Source of the DNA: Balanoglossus misakiensis
Taxonomy: Eukaryota; Animalia; Hemichordata
Direction of reading: 5' to 3'
Length of the DNA stretch: 64,000 nt
Assembly (NCBI GenBank): GCA_040954595.2
Contig: CM082596.2
Coordinates: 10,126,461-10,190,460, forward strand
Part shown: positions 25,131-38,623 of the stretch, in pieces
Layout of the letters: every line of letters begins with the position of its first letter
Numbering within the stretch: position 1 is the stretch's first letter
Made by a program: the position numbers and the translations under genes
Notes under the pieces: model-generated
Database searches by the model: none
Seen by the model: the letters and a program-made list of their open reading frames with translations, nothing else
Told to the model about the DNA's origin: nothing

Positions 25131-27080
25131 GGTGGTGGTTCCCAGAGTGTATCGTAACCAGGTGATGAGACTAGCCCATGAATCAGTGCTGGGTGGTCAC
25201 CACGGAACTCACAAGACCACAGACAAGATCCTCAGCAACTTCGTTTGGCCTGGGCTAACATCAGATGTTTCCCGTTACTGTCAGTCCTGTGATTCATGTC
25301 AACGGACACAACCAAAGGGACGGGTGACCAAGGTACCACTTGGAAGTATGCCACTAATAGATATCCCTTTCCTACGTATTGCAGTAGACCTGGTTGGCCC
25401 TATTCATCCATGCACTGAACGCAAGAATAGGTACATACTTACTGTTGTTGATTATGCAACACGCTATCCGGAGGCTGTTGCATTGACTAACATTGATACC
25501 AAGACTGTTGCAGAGGCGCTCCTGGACATCTACTCAAGAGTGGGGTGTCCACGTGAAATTCTGACAGATCAAGGAACTCAATTTACATCAGATGTGATGC
25601 GTGAGGTCAGCCGGCTTTTGTCTATAAAGCAGAAGACTACCACCCCATACCACCCAGCATTCAATGGTCTAGTGGAACGGTTCAATGGTACATTGAAACT
25701 CATGCTCAGGAAGATGTGTGAGGAACGTCCAACATATTGGGATCGTTATCTGAATGCTTTACTATTTGCCTACAGAGAAACGCCTCAATCGAGCACAGGA
25801 TTCTCTCCGTTTGAGTTACTTTATGGGAGGAGTGTGCGTGGTCCAATGGCTATCTTGAAAGAACTATGGACTGGAGAGATCAGTGAACCAGAAACCAAAA
25901 CGACTTATCAATACATCCTTGATCTTCAAAAGAAATTAAAGAAGGCATGCGATTTAGCAAGACAAGAACTGAAGATATCACAAGGCAAATACAAGTCCTA
26001 CTACAATAGAAAGGCCAAATGGAGGAAGTTCAACAAAGGTGACGAGGTGTTATTGCTACTACCTACTGACCATAATAAACTACTTATGCACTGGAAGGGT
26101 CCTTTTCCAGTGGTGGAGAAAGCGAGCAATATGGATTACAAGATTGACTTTGGTCATAGGGTGAAAACATTCCATGCCAACCTGTTGAAGAGGTACTATC
26201 GAAGAACTGATCAGCTAGATGAAGTATCAGCTGGACTTCTTGAGATTGTGTGTGTATCTGTGATAGATGAGCAGAGTTATGAATCTTCAGAAGTACAAGA
26301 GAACACAGGGGTTAAAGTAAACGATGACTTACTGCGGGTTCCTGCATTCAAGCAGAAAGAATTTGCTGCAGATGTGAATGTATGTGACAACTTGTCAGAC
26401 ATACAGGAGCAAGTGGTGAGGAGGTTGCTGATCAATTACAAAGATATGTTAACTGATATTCGTGGTAACACCAACCTGGGTTTCCATGACATCAAGTTGA
26501 TGGATCCAACACCAGTATGCAGTAGGCCATACCCCATCCCTCATGCACTCCGTGAAGCAGTGAAAGTCAAAACGATGATTAAGATGGGAGTAGCTGAACC
26601 TTCAGGGAGTCCATATGCTGTTCCACTGGTAATGGTGAAGAAATCTGATGGGTCCAATCGTTGTTGTGTTGACATGAGAAAGCTCAATCGCATAACAGTG
26701 TTTGATGCAGAGCCTACACCAGACCTGAGTGATCTCAGCAAAGAATATTGGCAAGTCCCGTTGACTGATAATTCTAAACAATTGACGGCATTTATCACGC
26801 ATGATGGGCTATACCAATTTATCAAAATGCCTTTCGGACTTGTAAATAGTGCTGCGACTTTTAGCAGAATTATGAGAAGATTGTTAAGAGATATGAAGAA
26901 CGTAGACAACTATATCGATCACATACTGATCCACACTGCATCATGGGAAGAACATATCAAGACAATTACAGATTTGATGAGCAGACTACGAAAGGCAAAG
27001 TTAACAGCGAGACCAACTAAGTGTTATGTGGGTTATGAGCAGATCGATTTCCTGGGTCATGTGGTTGGTCATGGTGAACT
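25131..27080 (+). pseudogene. pol: Gmr1 integrase followed by a degenerate, truncated reverse transcriptase
   Basis: HHCC (HESVLGGH...CQSCDSC), AVDLVGP / TDQG / GLVERFN, WKGPF. RT has MPFGL, YIDD mutated to YIDH, an internal deletion after DAEPTP, and breaks off after FLGHVVGHGEL. Confidence 0.92.
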
Positions 27081-27189
27081 AGTCCTGTTTCAAAATGACC
27101 TACATTACAGGTCCTATGCACACGTATTACATGTTCTGATTGGTTTATCCACTTCTCTAAGGTCCACTTGCGGCTCGCTGATTGGAGGG

Positions 27190-27445
27190 ACCTTATGTGT
27201 TAGGTCTTATTACTATGTATTATTCACCAGACCTTGTAGGTTAGGTCTTATTACAATGCATTATTCACTTTACAGCTCCCTGATTGGTTAATGTGTAGGT
27301 CTGGTCCTCCAGTGTTCACTGCCTCATTATGCAGGACCTTGTAGGTTAGGTCTTATTAATATGTATTTATTCACCATACAGCTCCCTGATTGGTTAACGT
27401 GTCAGTCTGGTCCCCCCCCCCCCCCAGTGTTCACTGCCTCATTGT
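27190..27445. repeat. Short tandem duplication (~105-120 bp units)
   Basis: Repeated 'accttgtaggttaggtcttatta', 'acagctccctgattggttaa' and 'cagtgttcactgcctcatt'. Confidence 0.75.
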
Positions 27446-27789
27446 GAAATGTCCCATGTGCTTCCTGGCTAGCGTTGTGGTAACATATTATTCGGGGTGT
27501 CCGCAGATCGTTCATTGATTTTCTGAGAAATAGCCTAACTGATACTATCTCCAACATAAACCGCACCCTGGAAAGATTAAATGATCTTTTAGGTGGACTT
27601 TGAAAATCTGATTAACTCATCTAAGCATTTTAGCTAAGTTGTATATTTTTTAATTATAATCATACAAAATACTTAAAAAATAAAAACAATGTTCAGTTTT
27701 AATACCCACTGATGAGGGGAAACATCAGTTTCAAATTCTTTTCATGGGAGCGCTTGAGCAGAGTTATGAGTTTTGCTCTGTGAAAGAAA

Positions 27790-27932
27790 ATGGGGGGATT
27801 TCAAAATTTTGGCAGTTCGGAAGGGGGATTTCAAAATATTTCGGGTTGTGAAAGGGGGGGGGGGGGGCATGTGAAAATTAGCGGTAAAAGATGAATCCCC
27901 CCCCTCCAGAGGTGTTTGTGAATGCAGCCTAA
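27790..27932. mobile_element. Single end of a Harbinger-like, poly-G MITE
   Basis: Ends ...ggtgtttgtgaatgcagcc|taa (Harbinger-type terminus plus TAA), with 'gggggatttcaaaa' repeats. No partner TIR found. Confidence 0.4.
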
Positions 27933-28432
27933 GAAAGAAAAAATGTGAAATGGGTCAAATATGGGCCGGACGTGCCCATTCAACTCAATTTACTTTTGTT
28001 TGCTTTAAGTAGGAATTGATCACAGCTATATTTATTTTGGACACCTGAGCGACAAGAAAACAATCTGATTCTACATTTTAAAAAGCGTCATTGGAAAAGC
28101 ACTGCAATTTTGTTTCTTGCTTTAAAAAAGTTTGGGGTGGCATGTAATAATTAAGGTGTGTCTAAATTACTAATTTGGTGCACCTCAAAGCCCTTAGCCA
28201 ATGTAAATTATATCCTGCATTGTATTCATGAAGGATATCCTCCCGCGAGGTCAATGCCATTCAATGTCAAACAGTCTCAACAAAGACCATTGGACACTCA
28301 TAGCCGTTTTGTATGAAAGTGACTGGAGTACGAGATGAGTTTCATGACAACAACAAATCATGCTCAGTCTCGCTGCAGGGTCTATAATTTCAATAACGGC
28401 TAGACGCTGGACACTATCTTAGGTAACACTTT

Positions 28433-28488
28433 AGGGTCATAGTGCTGGAACGACATGTTTAAACAGGTCGTTCCGGCACTCTGACCCT
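28433..28488. repeat. 56-bp imperfect palindrome
   Basis: agggtcatagtgctggaacgacatgttt|aaacaggtcgttccggcactctgaccct, followed by 'gtcgtt.cagccc' repeats. Confidence 0.85.
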
Positions 28489-28982
28489 TTCGGCCCCAGT
28501 CGTTTCAGCCCCCATTTTCCACGACCCAAGTCGTTACAGCCCGGACAGTAACACCCCAAACATTTCAACACTTATCAGGGAAGACCTTAGCCCAACTATT
28601 AAAACTTGGCTTGAACCTACTTAAGTTCTCCGCATGAAATATGAGCGAGCGTTGTCAGAGGACGACAGCTACGCACACTTTGGGCGTGACCGAATCAAAC
28701 AGAATTGAATATTCTATATTCGGAAAAAACACCTTATCTCCGTTTTGCCGTTGACAAACCGATTTCTGTCATGACAGTTACTCCCGGGGACTGTGACAGA
28801 CCATATACAGACAGTAGAGGCCGCGCGCTGGGGGTCTACACAAGTCACTACAGCTGATGTAAGCAAGTACAACATGCTTTGCTTGCAGGAATGTTCCATT
28901 TTCAATAGAGGGGTGTGTATATTCAGAGGGAATGTCAGTCGAGGCCCTGGCTGGCAACATGCGGCGTATATATTGACAATCT

Positions 28983-29910
28983 TAGCCGGGAGACCAGGGC
29001 GTCGATCTAAAATACAACGCTCGGGGACAGTCGAGCAAGTCCTGCTGAGCTGAAAGATAGTAGTCTTGGCAACGATCGAGGTCGCTTAGTAACAAATGGA
29101 TAACGAGTGATCTATCAAATGTTGACGGGCGCCAGTGGTTGGATGATATAATTAAAGGCACGTAAGCTGTAACTGGATAAAAAATTAAAGCTTTAAATAA
29201 TCTCATATATGCTTTTAATTATGTCTATTAAATGCTATTTCATGATAATATATCAAGCTCAACACTTATTTATGACAAAATGGCCAAAAATTAAAGAAAA
29301 ACGAAAATTCCTGCAATTTAAAAAAAAGCGCAATATTGCAATGAAAAATGAAAATCTGATGTCTCAGTGGTGTACATTTACTTCCATGAGCTCAAGTGGA
29401 TGAGATCATGTTTTGTTTATGAAGTTTCACAACCGGAAATGCAACATTTTCATTGTTTCTTGCATTTTCCCACGGTGGCGGCCATAATCGCTTGCGGCAA
29501 AGCTTTATTATTTATCTGGTTAAAACTTGCATATGCACTCATACTTAGGGTTTATAATGCTTGTGTATTGTTCACTACCTTCATCTGTATGGACTAATGG
29601 TAGTGCAGTTTGAAACAAAAATTATGAAAATTATCCCAAAAGTTACACCTTACGTGCCTTTAACAAAGCTTGGTTATGAATATTCATACACCTTCAAAAC
29701 CACTCCCACATCCCATCGCGGGAATTTCACACATGACTCCACCTCTATTTCCTTATTTAGAAGGCGACGATGTCATGTGGTTAACATTGAGTGACCAATT
29801 AGCTTACACGCAAGATTTACCACACGTGTCGTTCTACGAACAGAATTCTGTTCGTAAATAGAGACTGTCCCCGGGCGTTTCTTTTCCCCGACGCCCTGGT
29901 CTCCAGGCTA
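28983..29910. mobile_element. AcademH-like non-autonomous element
   Basis: 22-bp TIR TAGCC(G/T)GGAGACCAGGGCGTCG and a perfect 9-bp TSD TGACAATCT (28974-82 and 29911-19). Confidence 0.88.
29156..29659. mobile_element. Kolobok-like MITE (family K2) nested in the AcademH-like element
   Basis: TTAA|AGGCACGTAAGCTGTAACT ... AGTTACACCTTACGTGCCT|TTAA. Confidence 0.88.
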
Positions 29911-30221
29911 TGACAATCTCGCTGATAGGCGCAGCTGGAATTTATGTTTCTGTGGTATGATTATTGTATTTTATCAATGCACAATCACGATGGGCGAGTT
30001 TCAAGCAAGCAATTGGATTCGCTTCAATCCCTCACTAAAATCTAGACTGCACCACTGTATAATAACACAATACAGTCTTCTAGCCTCATGGTATAAACAG
30101 GAACTCTTGTCTGCTGGACATCCGGGTACTTTGGTCTACTGAGTGAACGCGTTACGTATAGAGGTAGCGCAAAGTGAAAACCTATTTAAGGCAGCCACAA
30201 CAATCAGTGTTGACGTACATA

Positions 30222-30326
30222 CAATCTGACTAAAATCGCAGTTGGTATGACGACAGCATACTAATAATACTGTACCACATAAGTAAAAGACGTCGTCGTA
30301 CCATACATCTGATTTTATTCAGATTA
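30222..30326. mobile_element. ~105-bp hairpin MITE (diverged copy)
   Basis: CAATCTGACTAAAATC...GATTTTATTCAGATTA; same family as 30586-30696. Confidence 0.7.
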
Positions 30327-30343
30327 CTGCATATTTGCATATA

Positions 30344-30550
30344 CTGTGAAACAAGTTATTTTCGCGAGCAATACATTTTCGCGAGATACGTGAGAGCCAA
30401 AATGGTATGAAAATAAGAGGTCGCATCATTATTTTTGAAGATAACGATGCAGTGAATGAAATAAGAGAACGCGAAAATTAATACTCGCGAAACAGTAGCC
30501 TCTCTCGATATCGTGAAAATTTCAACTCGCTAAAATAAAGTGTTTTACAG
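30344..30550. mobile_element. TA-flanked MITE (Tc1/mariner-like) with TTTTCGCG subterminal repeats
   Basis: TA|CTGTGAAAC...GTTTTACAG|TA; ttttcgcg repeats on the left, cgcgaaa on the right. Confidence 0.75.
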
Positions 30551-30585
30551 TAGTTTATGTATGTAAATTGTTCCTGATGTTAACA

Positions 30586-30696
30586 CAATCTGATTAAAAT
30601 CAGATGTAGGCCTAGGGAATGGCGACGTAGTTTTTTGATGCTGCGACAGCATAAAAAACACGTCGCCGTTCCCTACATCTGATTTTAATCAGATTA
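30586..30696. mobile_element. 111-bp hairpin MITE (Academ-like)
   Basis: TIR AATCTGATTAAAATCAGATGTAGG; flanks atgttaaca and gcgttaaca resemble a 9-bp TSD. Confidence 0.8.
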
Positions 30697-30809
30697 GCGT
30701 TAACATAACTTTATCAGAATAAGTTAACGCCATAACTTTGACAGAATAAGAGTTGCCTCAAACGGCTCTAACCGATTTTCCATTAATAGCAGAACAAACA
30801 AGCTGTAAT

Positions 30810-32777
30810 CAATACGCCAACCTTTAAAATATTACTTTAGAAAGTTTGTATTCATACTTTCTTCAAGTTGTCATAACGCTAACCCGAAATGTGTTTTAGT
30901 ATTGCCTTTGTATTAATGGGCTAGATTCATGGCGTTATATGTCATAAATTAAAAAGACAACCCTTATTGTTTTTGATAATATTTATGTCGGAGAATCCAC
31001 AATGAAAAATATGTATTTTCAATTTCATAACTCAAAATAATTTCCAAATCCATGACCTTATTTTCAACTCCAGTGATCGTACATCCTGAACCTTGTGCCA
31101 GTAAATGATTGGTCATTACAGGGTTAATGGGCACTCTCCCGTTCTCTTCCTCCGCAGTTTCATTCATGTTCTTGTTTGACGGAAATGGGTGTGACCAGAC
31201 GCTTGAATGTTTTCATGTGGGTTGAGTTGTTCATCGGGAACGGCCTCCTGGTGTGTCTGTACAGGTACGCAAGGAGAAACTGCCCACAAGAAGCTGCGAG
31301 TGAAACTATTTAAGGTAGTATGTGCCTCGCGGTCCGAGATTCAGACAAATGATAGTCCTCAAAACTTTTTCAAGTAATTGATTTACTAAAGTGTGTGGTG
31401 AGTCTCTTTGAAAACAACAACAATATTACTCATCATATTGTAATTTTTTGAAACTATAAAATGAAGTTGACAATGCACCAAACAGATTCTATTTATTTCT
31501 TCATGACCATGTTCACCCCAAGGTCATATGGACCTGCAAGTATATGCCAGAGCCAGAGACGACATTACCGAAGCCAGAGTTTAAAGCTTACAGGTCACCC
31601 CTTGCCAGCTCATGACTAGCTAAACTGCCATGGATGCCAAGAGATATATGACTACGGTAACCTGTAGATGGTTTCAGTATGTTTGAAGAAAGTGGTGGCG
31701 CACTTTTGGCTACATTTGAAATGGCTATGGTACCAGTGGTTGCATTTGCAAAGGTGACCTTTGACCTGGCATCTTTAAAGATATTAAAGAACGATTTACC
31801 ATTCCTTGTTGTCGTAAAATGACATCTGTAATAACTTATATTTTATCTGTTCATCTTGAAGTACTATATATTTAAACGCCAATTTTCCATTGCCAATCAA
31901 GTTTTTACAAATAAATTGTAATATGCATGTTGATTTTACAAAAACTCCTTACTTCCAAGTGAATTCTGTTACACATCACGTAACTATTTTCCCCACGAAT
32001 TCTTCAGTTGCTAACTCGGAAATTTCATATATTGGGCAGAAATTGGATACATTACCCAGCCATTAAAATTACAGTTTTCTATTTTAATTGATCGTCCATA
32101 ACTTCAAGTACTTTGACTTGACATACATTAAAAACATCATGGTGAATAAATAAAAATTATTTGATTATCTAATTGTGCATGTTTACATGGTTTTATTTTA
32201 GTATGCTGGGTACTTAATGTCTAATGGCTCGCTGATTTTATACTGTTCAAGATGACAATCTAATTTTAGTTTTCAGCTGATAATTGAAATCAATGATTCA
32301 AAAAAATTGAATTTTGACATGAATAAACTTCTTGTTCATGGCAGTTGCTGTGTTTTGTTTCATTTGTATTCAATTTTTGCAAGCATACCATTGAGCACAG
32401 TTTGATTTGATTAAACACGTTTATCGGAAAATTTTGTCATTTGAAATATCTGTTTTTGCGCCCTCTACCATTTGACCAAATGATTCTCTTATTTTGGTGG
32501 CCTTTGTCTGTGTATATGAGAATACTATAGTACTCTCGCATCGATCATAGTAGAAGTTGAAAACGTCTCTTGCCACGTGGCCTGGAAGAAAGGCGATCTT
32601 TAGAGTAAAAAAAACAAACTATCCAGATAGGAAGCTAGAAAAGAAGTTGAATCGTTGAAATTTTATTTATTTTATATTGTTAATATCGTTGGTGATGTTG
32701 ACTGGCCGACAATCTTTGTCACACGAGTCTTTTCAGGCAGATTAAAACATTGCCTATTCCAGCAATAATCACAACAG
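30810..32777 (+). repeat. ~1.97-kb direct repeat, copy 2
   Basis: Colinear with 14066-16033. Confidence 0.93.
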
Positions 32778-32796
32778 GAGTGTGTCACACAGGAGA

Positions 32797-33112
32797 CAGT
32801 TGGGATTATAGTCATAATCTACCTTAGTTTGTTGTCAACAACCAGATGTGGTCGCATTCCGTGCATCCGTGCATATTTTGGAACAACGACTCTATCGAAC
32901 AGACGTATTTCAAACACCTTGGAGAAAAACATCGATGACCAGTGGAATTGACTGTCGCTTGAAATCCGATAGGAATACACCTGTTTACGGTGGACGATAC
33001 CGACACTCCTCTGCTAACTTAATCTGCTCTGCTAACTATACCTGCTTTGATTAAGTTGCGTCTAAAACTTTCCTTACAATACAATGTGGGTCTCGACTGT
33101 CGGTCCCAACTA
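32797..33112. mobile_element. Possible old MITE
   Basis: Imperfect TIR cagttgggattatagtc / gactgtcggtcccaacta. The right end is also present at 16222-16245. Confidence 0.45.
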
Positions 33113-33764
33113 TAGCGACGACAGCCTCGGTATGTTTCGCCGATAGCAATCCGGAGATGAAATTTGCATACAGCAATATCTTTCAAGATAAATAATTTAT
33201 GTCCTAAAGGTATTACTTTTAGTGGTCTGACGGAGACGTTTTCTGCTGTAACATGCAAAACCTGCGGCGGACCTGAGGTCATGTTGCGAACACTGTAGTT
33301 TTGTTACGCCCGCCATCCTTCGGACGTTTACCTCATCGGGGCTTCTTTGGGGAATCAGCCACGTCCGAAGGGTGAGAGTGTAAATTCTCTCCCTCTCCTT
33401 CTCCACCCAACATATTCATAGAGTCAGAGAGAGGTACCCGGCATATCGTAAACTTAACGAGAGGCATAACGAGACTTTCAACAAGTTTTCCGAGTAACAC
33501 AAATAGTTCTGGTTTATTACTGGTCACACGTAAGAATTACACGACTCTATCCATGCTCGTTGACTCCCGTCACGGATCTCCGGTGATAATAATGTGATAT
33601 CAAATTTCATCACCTCTTATTAATACGTTAGTCAAGTATTATGTCATAAAAGGAACACGTCATCTTAATATTTCTTAAACATGAACTTAGCGCGTGATAT
33701 CTCTATCTCGTTCTGACATGTATCAATTACACAATCTTGTTTACTCTGAGTGAAGTACCTATTT

Positions 33765-36700
33765 TTTTTGATGATTTTCACCGGTTTTTTTTTTCAAAAA
33801 TCGACGAACCCATGATTTTTTTCAAAATCGACGAAATTTTGAGATTTTGCAGTCGAAAATTTGTCATTTTGTTGATTTTCACCCATGTTTTTTTTAAACA
33901 ATCGACGAACCCATGATTTTTTTTCAAAATCGACGAACTTTTGAGATTTGGAAAATCGAAAATTTGTCATTTTTTGATGATTTTCACCCATGATTTTTTT
34001 TACAAAAATCGACGAACCCATGATTTTTTTCAAAATCGACGAAATTTTGAGGTTTTGCAAAGTCGAAAATGTTTCATTTTTTGATGATTTTCACCATGTT
34101 TTTTTTTAAAAATCAACGAACCCATGATTTTTTTTCAAAATCGACGAAATTTTGAAATTTTGCAGTCGAAAATTTGTAAATTTTTGATGATTTTCACCCA
34201 TGTTTTTTTAAAAAATCAACGAACCCATGATTTTTTTCAAAATCGACGAAATTTTGAGATTTTGCAAAGTCGAAAATTCAACCATGTTTTTTTTCAAAAA
34301 TCGACGAACCCATAATTTTTTTCAAAATCGACGAAATTTTGAGATTTTGCAAAATCAAAAATTTGTCATTTTTTGATGATTTTCACCATGATTTTTTTCA
34401 AAAATCGACCAAATTTTGAGATTTTGCAGTCGAAAATTTGTAATTTTTTGATGATTTTCACCCATGTTTTTTTTTCAAAAATCGACGAACCCATGATTTT
34501 TTTCAAATTCGACGAAATTTTGAGATTTTGCAAAGTCGAAAATTTGTCATTTTTTGATGATTTTCACCCATGATTTTTTTCAAAAATCGACGAACCCATA
34601 ATTTTTTTCAAAATCGACGAAATTTTGAGATTTCGCAAAGTTGAAAATTTGACATTTGTTGATGATTTTCATGAGCTATAGCCCATGATTTTTTTTTCAA
34701 AAATCGACGAACCCGTTTTTTTTTCAAAAATCGACGATTTTTTGAGATTTCGCAAAGTTGAAAATTTGACATTTGTTGATGATTTTCATGAGGTATAGCC
34801 CATGATTTTTTTTTTTCAAAAATCGACGAAATTTTGAGATTTGCAAAGTCGAACATTGGTCATTTTGATGATTTTCACCCATTTTTTTTTCAAAAATCGA
34901 CGAACCCATGATTTTTTTTCAAAATCGACGAAATTTTGAGATTTTGCAAAGTCGAAAATTTGTCATTTTTTGATGATTTTCATCCATGTTTTTTTTCACA
35001 ATTCAACGAACCCATGATTGTTTTCAAAATCGACGAAATTTTGAGATTTTGCAAGAACCCATGATTTTTTTCAAATTCGACGAAATTTTGAGATTTTGCA
35101 AAGTCGAAAATTTGTCATTTTTTGATGATTTTCACCCATGATTTTTTGCAAAAATCGACGAACCCATGATTTTTTTCCAAAATCGACGAAATTTTGAGAT
35201 TTTGCAAAGTCGAAAATTTGTCATTTTTTGATGATTTTCATCCATGTTTTTTTTTCAAAATTCAACGAACCCATGATTTTTTTCAAAATCGACGAAATTT
35301 TGAGATTTTGCAAGAACCCATGATTTTTTTCAAAATCTCAAAATTTCGTCGATTTTGAAAAAAATCATGGGTTCGTCGATTTTTGAAAAAAAAACATGGG
35401 AGAAAATCTTCAAAAAATGGGAATTTTGTCGATTTTTGAAAAAAAAAATCATGGGTGAAAATCATCAAAAAATGACAAATTTTCGACTTTGCAAAATCTC
35501 AAAATTTCGTCGATTTTTGAGAAAAATCATGGGTGAAAATCATCAAAAAATGACAAATTTTCGACTTTGCAAAATCTCAAAATTTCGTCGATTTTTGAAA
35601 AAAAACATGGATGAAAATCATCGAAAAATGACAAATTTTCGACTGCAAAATCTCAAAATTTCGTCGATTTTTGAGAAAAATCATGGGTGAAAATCATCAA
35701 AAAATGACAAATTTTCGACTTTGCAAAATCTCAAAATTTCGTCGATTTTTGAAAAAAAACATGGATGAAAATCATCGAAAAATGACAAATTTTCGACTGC
35801 AAAATCTCAAAATTTTGTCGATTTTGAAAAAAGTATGGGTTCGTCGATTTTTAAAAAAAATCATGGGTGAAAATCATCAAAAAATGACAAATTTTCGACT
35901 TTGCAAGAACTTCGAGATTTTCGTCGATTTTTGAAAAAAAAAATCGTGGGGGGGGGGGGGGAAATCATAAAAAAATGACAAATTTTCGACTTTGCAAAAT
36001 CTCAATATATCGTCGATTTTGGAAAAAAAAACATGGGTTCGTCGAAAAAAAACATGGGTGAAAATCATCAAAAAATGACAAATTTTCGACTTTGCAAAAT
36101 CTCAAAAGTCCGTCGATTTTGAAAAAAAACATGGGTGAAAATCTTCAAAAAATGACAAATTTTCGACTTTGCAAAAACTCATAATTTCGTCGATTTTTGA
36201 AAAAAAATGGGTGAAAATCATCAAAAATGACAAAGTTTCGACTTTGCAAAATCTCAAAATTTCATCGATTTCTGAAAAAAATCATAGGGGAAAATCATCA
36301 AAAAATGACAAATTTTCGACTGCAAAATCTTAAAATTTCGTCGATTTTTGAAAAAAAAACATGGATGAAAATCATCAAAAAATGACAAATTTTCGACTGC
36401 AAAATCTCAAAATTTTGTCGATTTTGAAAAAAGTATGGGTTCGTCGATTTTTAAAAAAAATCATGGGTGAAAATCATCAAAAAATGACAAATTTTCGACT
36501 TTGCAAGAACTTCGAGATTTTCGTCGATTTTTGAAAAAAAAAATCGTGGGGGGGGGAAATCATAAAAAAATGACAAATTTTCGACTTTGCAAAATCTCAA
36601 AATATCGTCGATTTTGGAAAAAAAAAACATGGGTTCGTCGAAAAAAAAACATGGGTGAAAATCATCAAAAAATGACAAATTTTCGACTTTGCAAAATCTC

Positions 36701-37915
36701 AAAAGTCCGTCGATTTTGAAAAAAAATATGGGTGAAAATCTTCAAAAAATGACAAAGTTTCGACTTTGCAAAATCTCAAAATTTCATCGATTTCTGAAAA
36801 AAATCATAGGGGAAAATCATCAAAAAATGACAAATTTTCGACTGCACAATCTTAAAATTTCGTCAATTTTTGAAAAAAAATCATGGGTAAAAATCATCAA
36901 TAAATGAAAAATTTTCGACTTTGCAAAATCTCAAAATTTCGTCGATTTTTGAAAAAAATCATGGGTGAAAATCATCAAAAAATGACAAATTTTCGACTTT
37001 GCAAAATTTTCAAAAATTCGTTGATTTTTGAAAAAAAAAATGGGTTATAGCTTATGAAAATCATCAACACATGACAAATTTTCGACTTTGCAAAATCTCA
37101 AAATTTCGTCGATTTTGAAAAAAATCATGGTTTCGTCGATTTTTGAAAAAAAACATGGGTGAAAATCTTCAAAAAATGACAAATTTTCGACTTTGCAAAA
37201 ACTGAAAATTTCGTCGATTTTTGAAAAAAATAATGGGTGAAAATCATCAAAAAAGACAAAGTTTCGACTTTGCAAAATCTCAAAATTTCGTCGATTTCTG
37301 AAAAAAATCATGGGTAAAATCGTCAAAAAAATGACAGATTTTCGACAGCAAAATCTTAAAATTTCGTCAATTTTTAAAAAAAAAATCATGGGTAAAAATC
37401 ATCAAAAAATGACAAATTTTCGACTTTGCAAAATCTCAAAATTTCGTCAATTTTTGAAAAAAAAATCGTGGGGGGGGGGGAAATCATCAAAAAAATGACA
37501 AATTTTCGACTTTGCAAAATTTTGAAAAATTCGTCGATTTTAAAAAAAAAACATGGGTTCGTCCATTTTTGAAAAAAAAAACATGGGTGAAAATCATCAA
37601 CAAATGACAAATGTTCAACTTTGCAAAATCTCAAAATTTCGTCGATTTTTGAAAATAAAATCGTGGGTGGAGGGAAATCATCAAAAAAATGACAAATTTT
37701 CGACTTTGCAAAATTTTCAAAAATTCGTCGATTTTTGAAAAAAAAAACATGGGTTCGTCCATTTTTGAAAAAAAAACATGGGTGAAAATCGTCAACAAAT
37801 GACAAATGTTCAACTTTGCAAAATCTCAAAATATTGTCGATTTTTGAAAAAAAACATGGGTTCGTCGATTTTTGAAAAAAAAAAAACATGGGTGAAAATC
37901 GTCAAAAAATGACAC
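33765..37915. repeat. Satellite II (~78-81 bp unit plus ~25-bp subunit) with an internal inversion
   Basis: Unit 'tttttgatgattttcacccatgattttttcaaaaatcgacgaaattttgagattttgcaaagtcgaaaatttgtca'; it reads in reverse after ~35331. Confidence 0.95.
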
Positions 37916-38505
37916 ATTTTTATCGTGGCCCCTACACGTCAATTTTAATTTATTATTTTGAAAGTTAAACTTTAATTTTAGATAGACAATATCTTTTCCC
38001 AAGAAGTAAACTTTAATTTTGGTGGCGGCAACTAATTTTGATGGACAAAACTTTTTGATTTTGACAATAAAACTTTAATTTTAATTATCACAAATTTTAT
38101 TTTAGAGAACCAAATTTTATTTTTCGAAAGCAAATTTTATTTTTTCCAAGAATAATATTTTAATAAGGATTTATTTTGTCCAAAATAAACAGTAACAACT
38201 TGAGATAAACTTATTCATACTACGTGGATTTTTTTTTCAAAAAGGTATGTTTTAATTTTTAAAGAAAAAGTTCATTTTGTAAAATAACAAATTATTTTTC
38301 CCAGGTGAAAATATTTTACGGAGTTAAATTTTAATTTACATTTAAATAACCTTTAAACACTCGAGATAAAATTATATGTACTCGATGGAATTATTTAACT
38401 TTTTAAAACAAAATGTTTTTATTGCTTAAGAAAAAACAAATATTTACTAATGTTACAAATTATTTTTCCCGGGTGAAAAGTTTATTTTACAGGGATCAAT
38501 TTAAT

Positions 38506-38622
38506 TTATAACACACCATGCAGCGAACCCTCGATCGTGATTCGTCAATACGACGTCACGTGACCTTAGTCATTTCGAACTGTTGCCTTGGGCATCAGTT
38601 CGATAGGTTTGGTGTGTTATAA
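38506..38622. mobile_element. Small TIR element in the foldback arm (copy at 43826-43942)
   Basis: TTATAACACACCA...TGGTGTGTTATAA; absent from the opposite arm. Confidence 0.6.
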
Positions 38623-38623
38623 A

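Larger units (their letters stand above)
16246..27080 (+). mobile_element. Gmr1-like Ty3/Gypsy LTR retrotransposon, decayed, 3'-truncated, interrupted by a DNA transposon
   Basis: 5' LTR, PBS, gag with CCHC knuckle, protease, then integrase before RT. No RNase H, PPT or 3' LTR is visible. Confidence 0.92.

Noticed and set aside
27081-27291. C-terminal tail of the 719-aa ORF
   Set aside because: Read-through past the RT truncation into unrelated repeat sequence.
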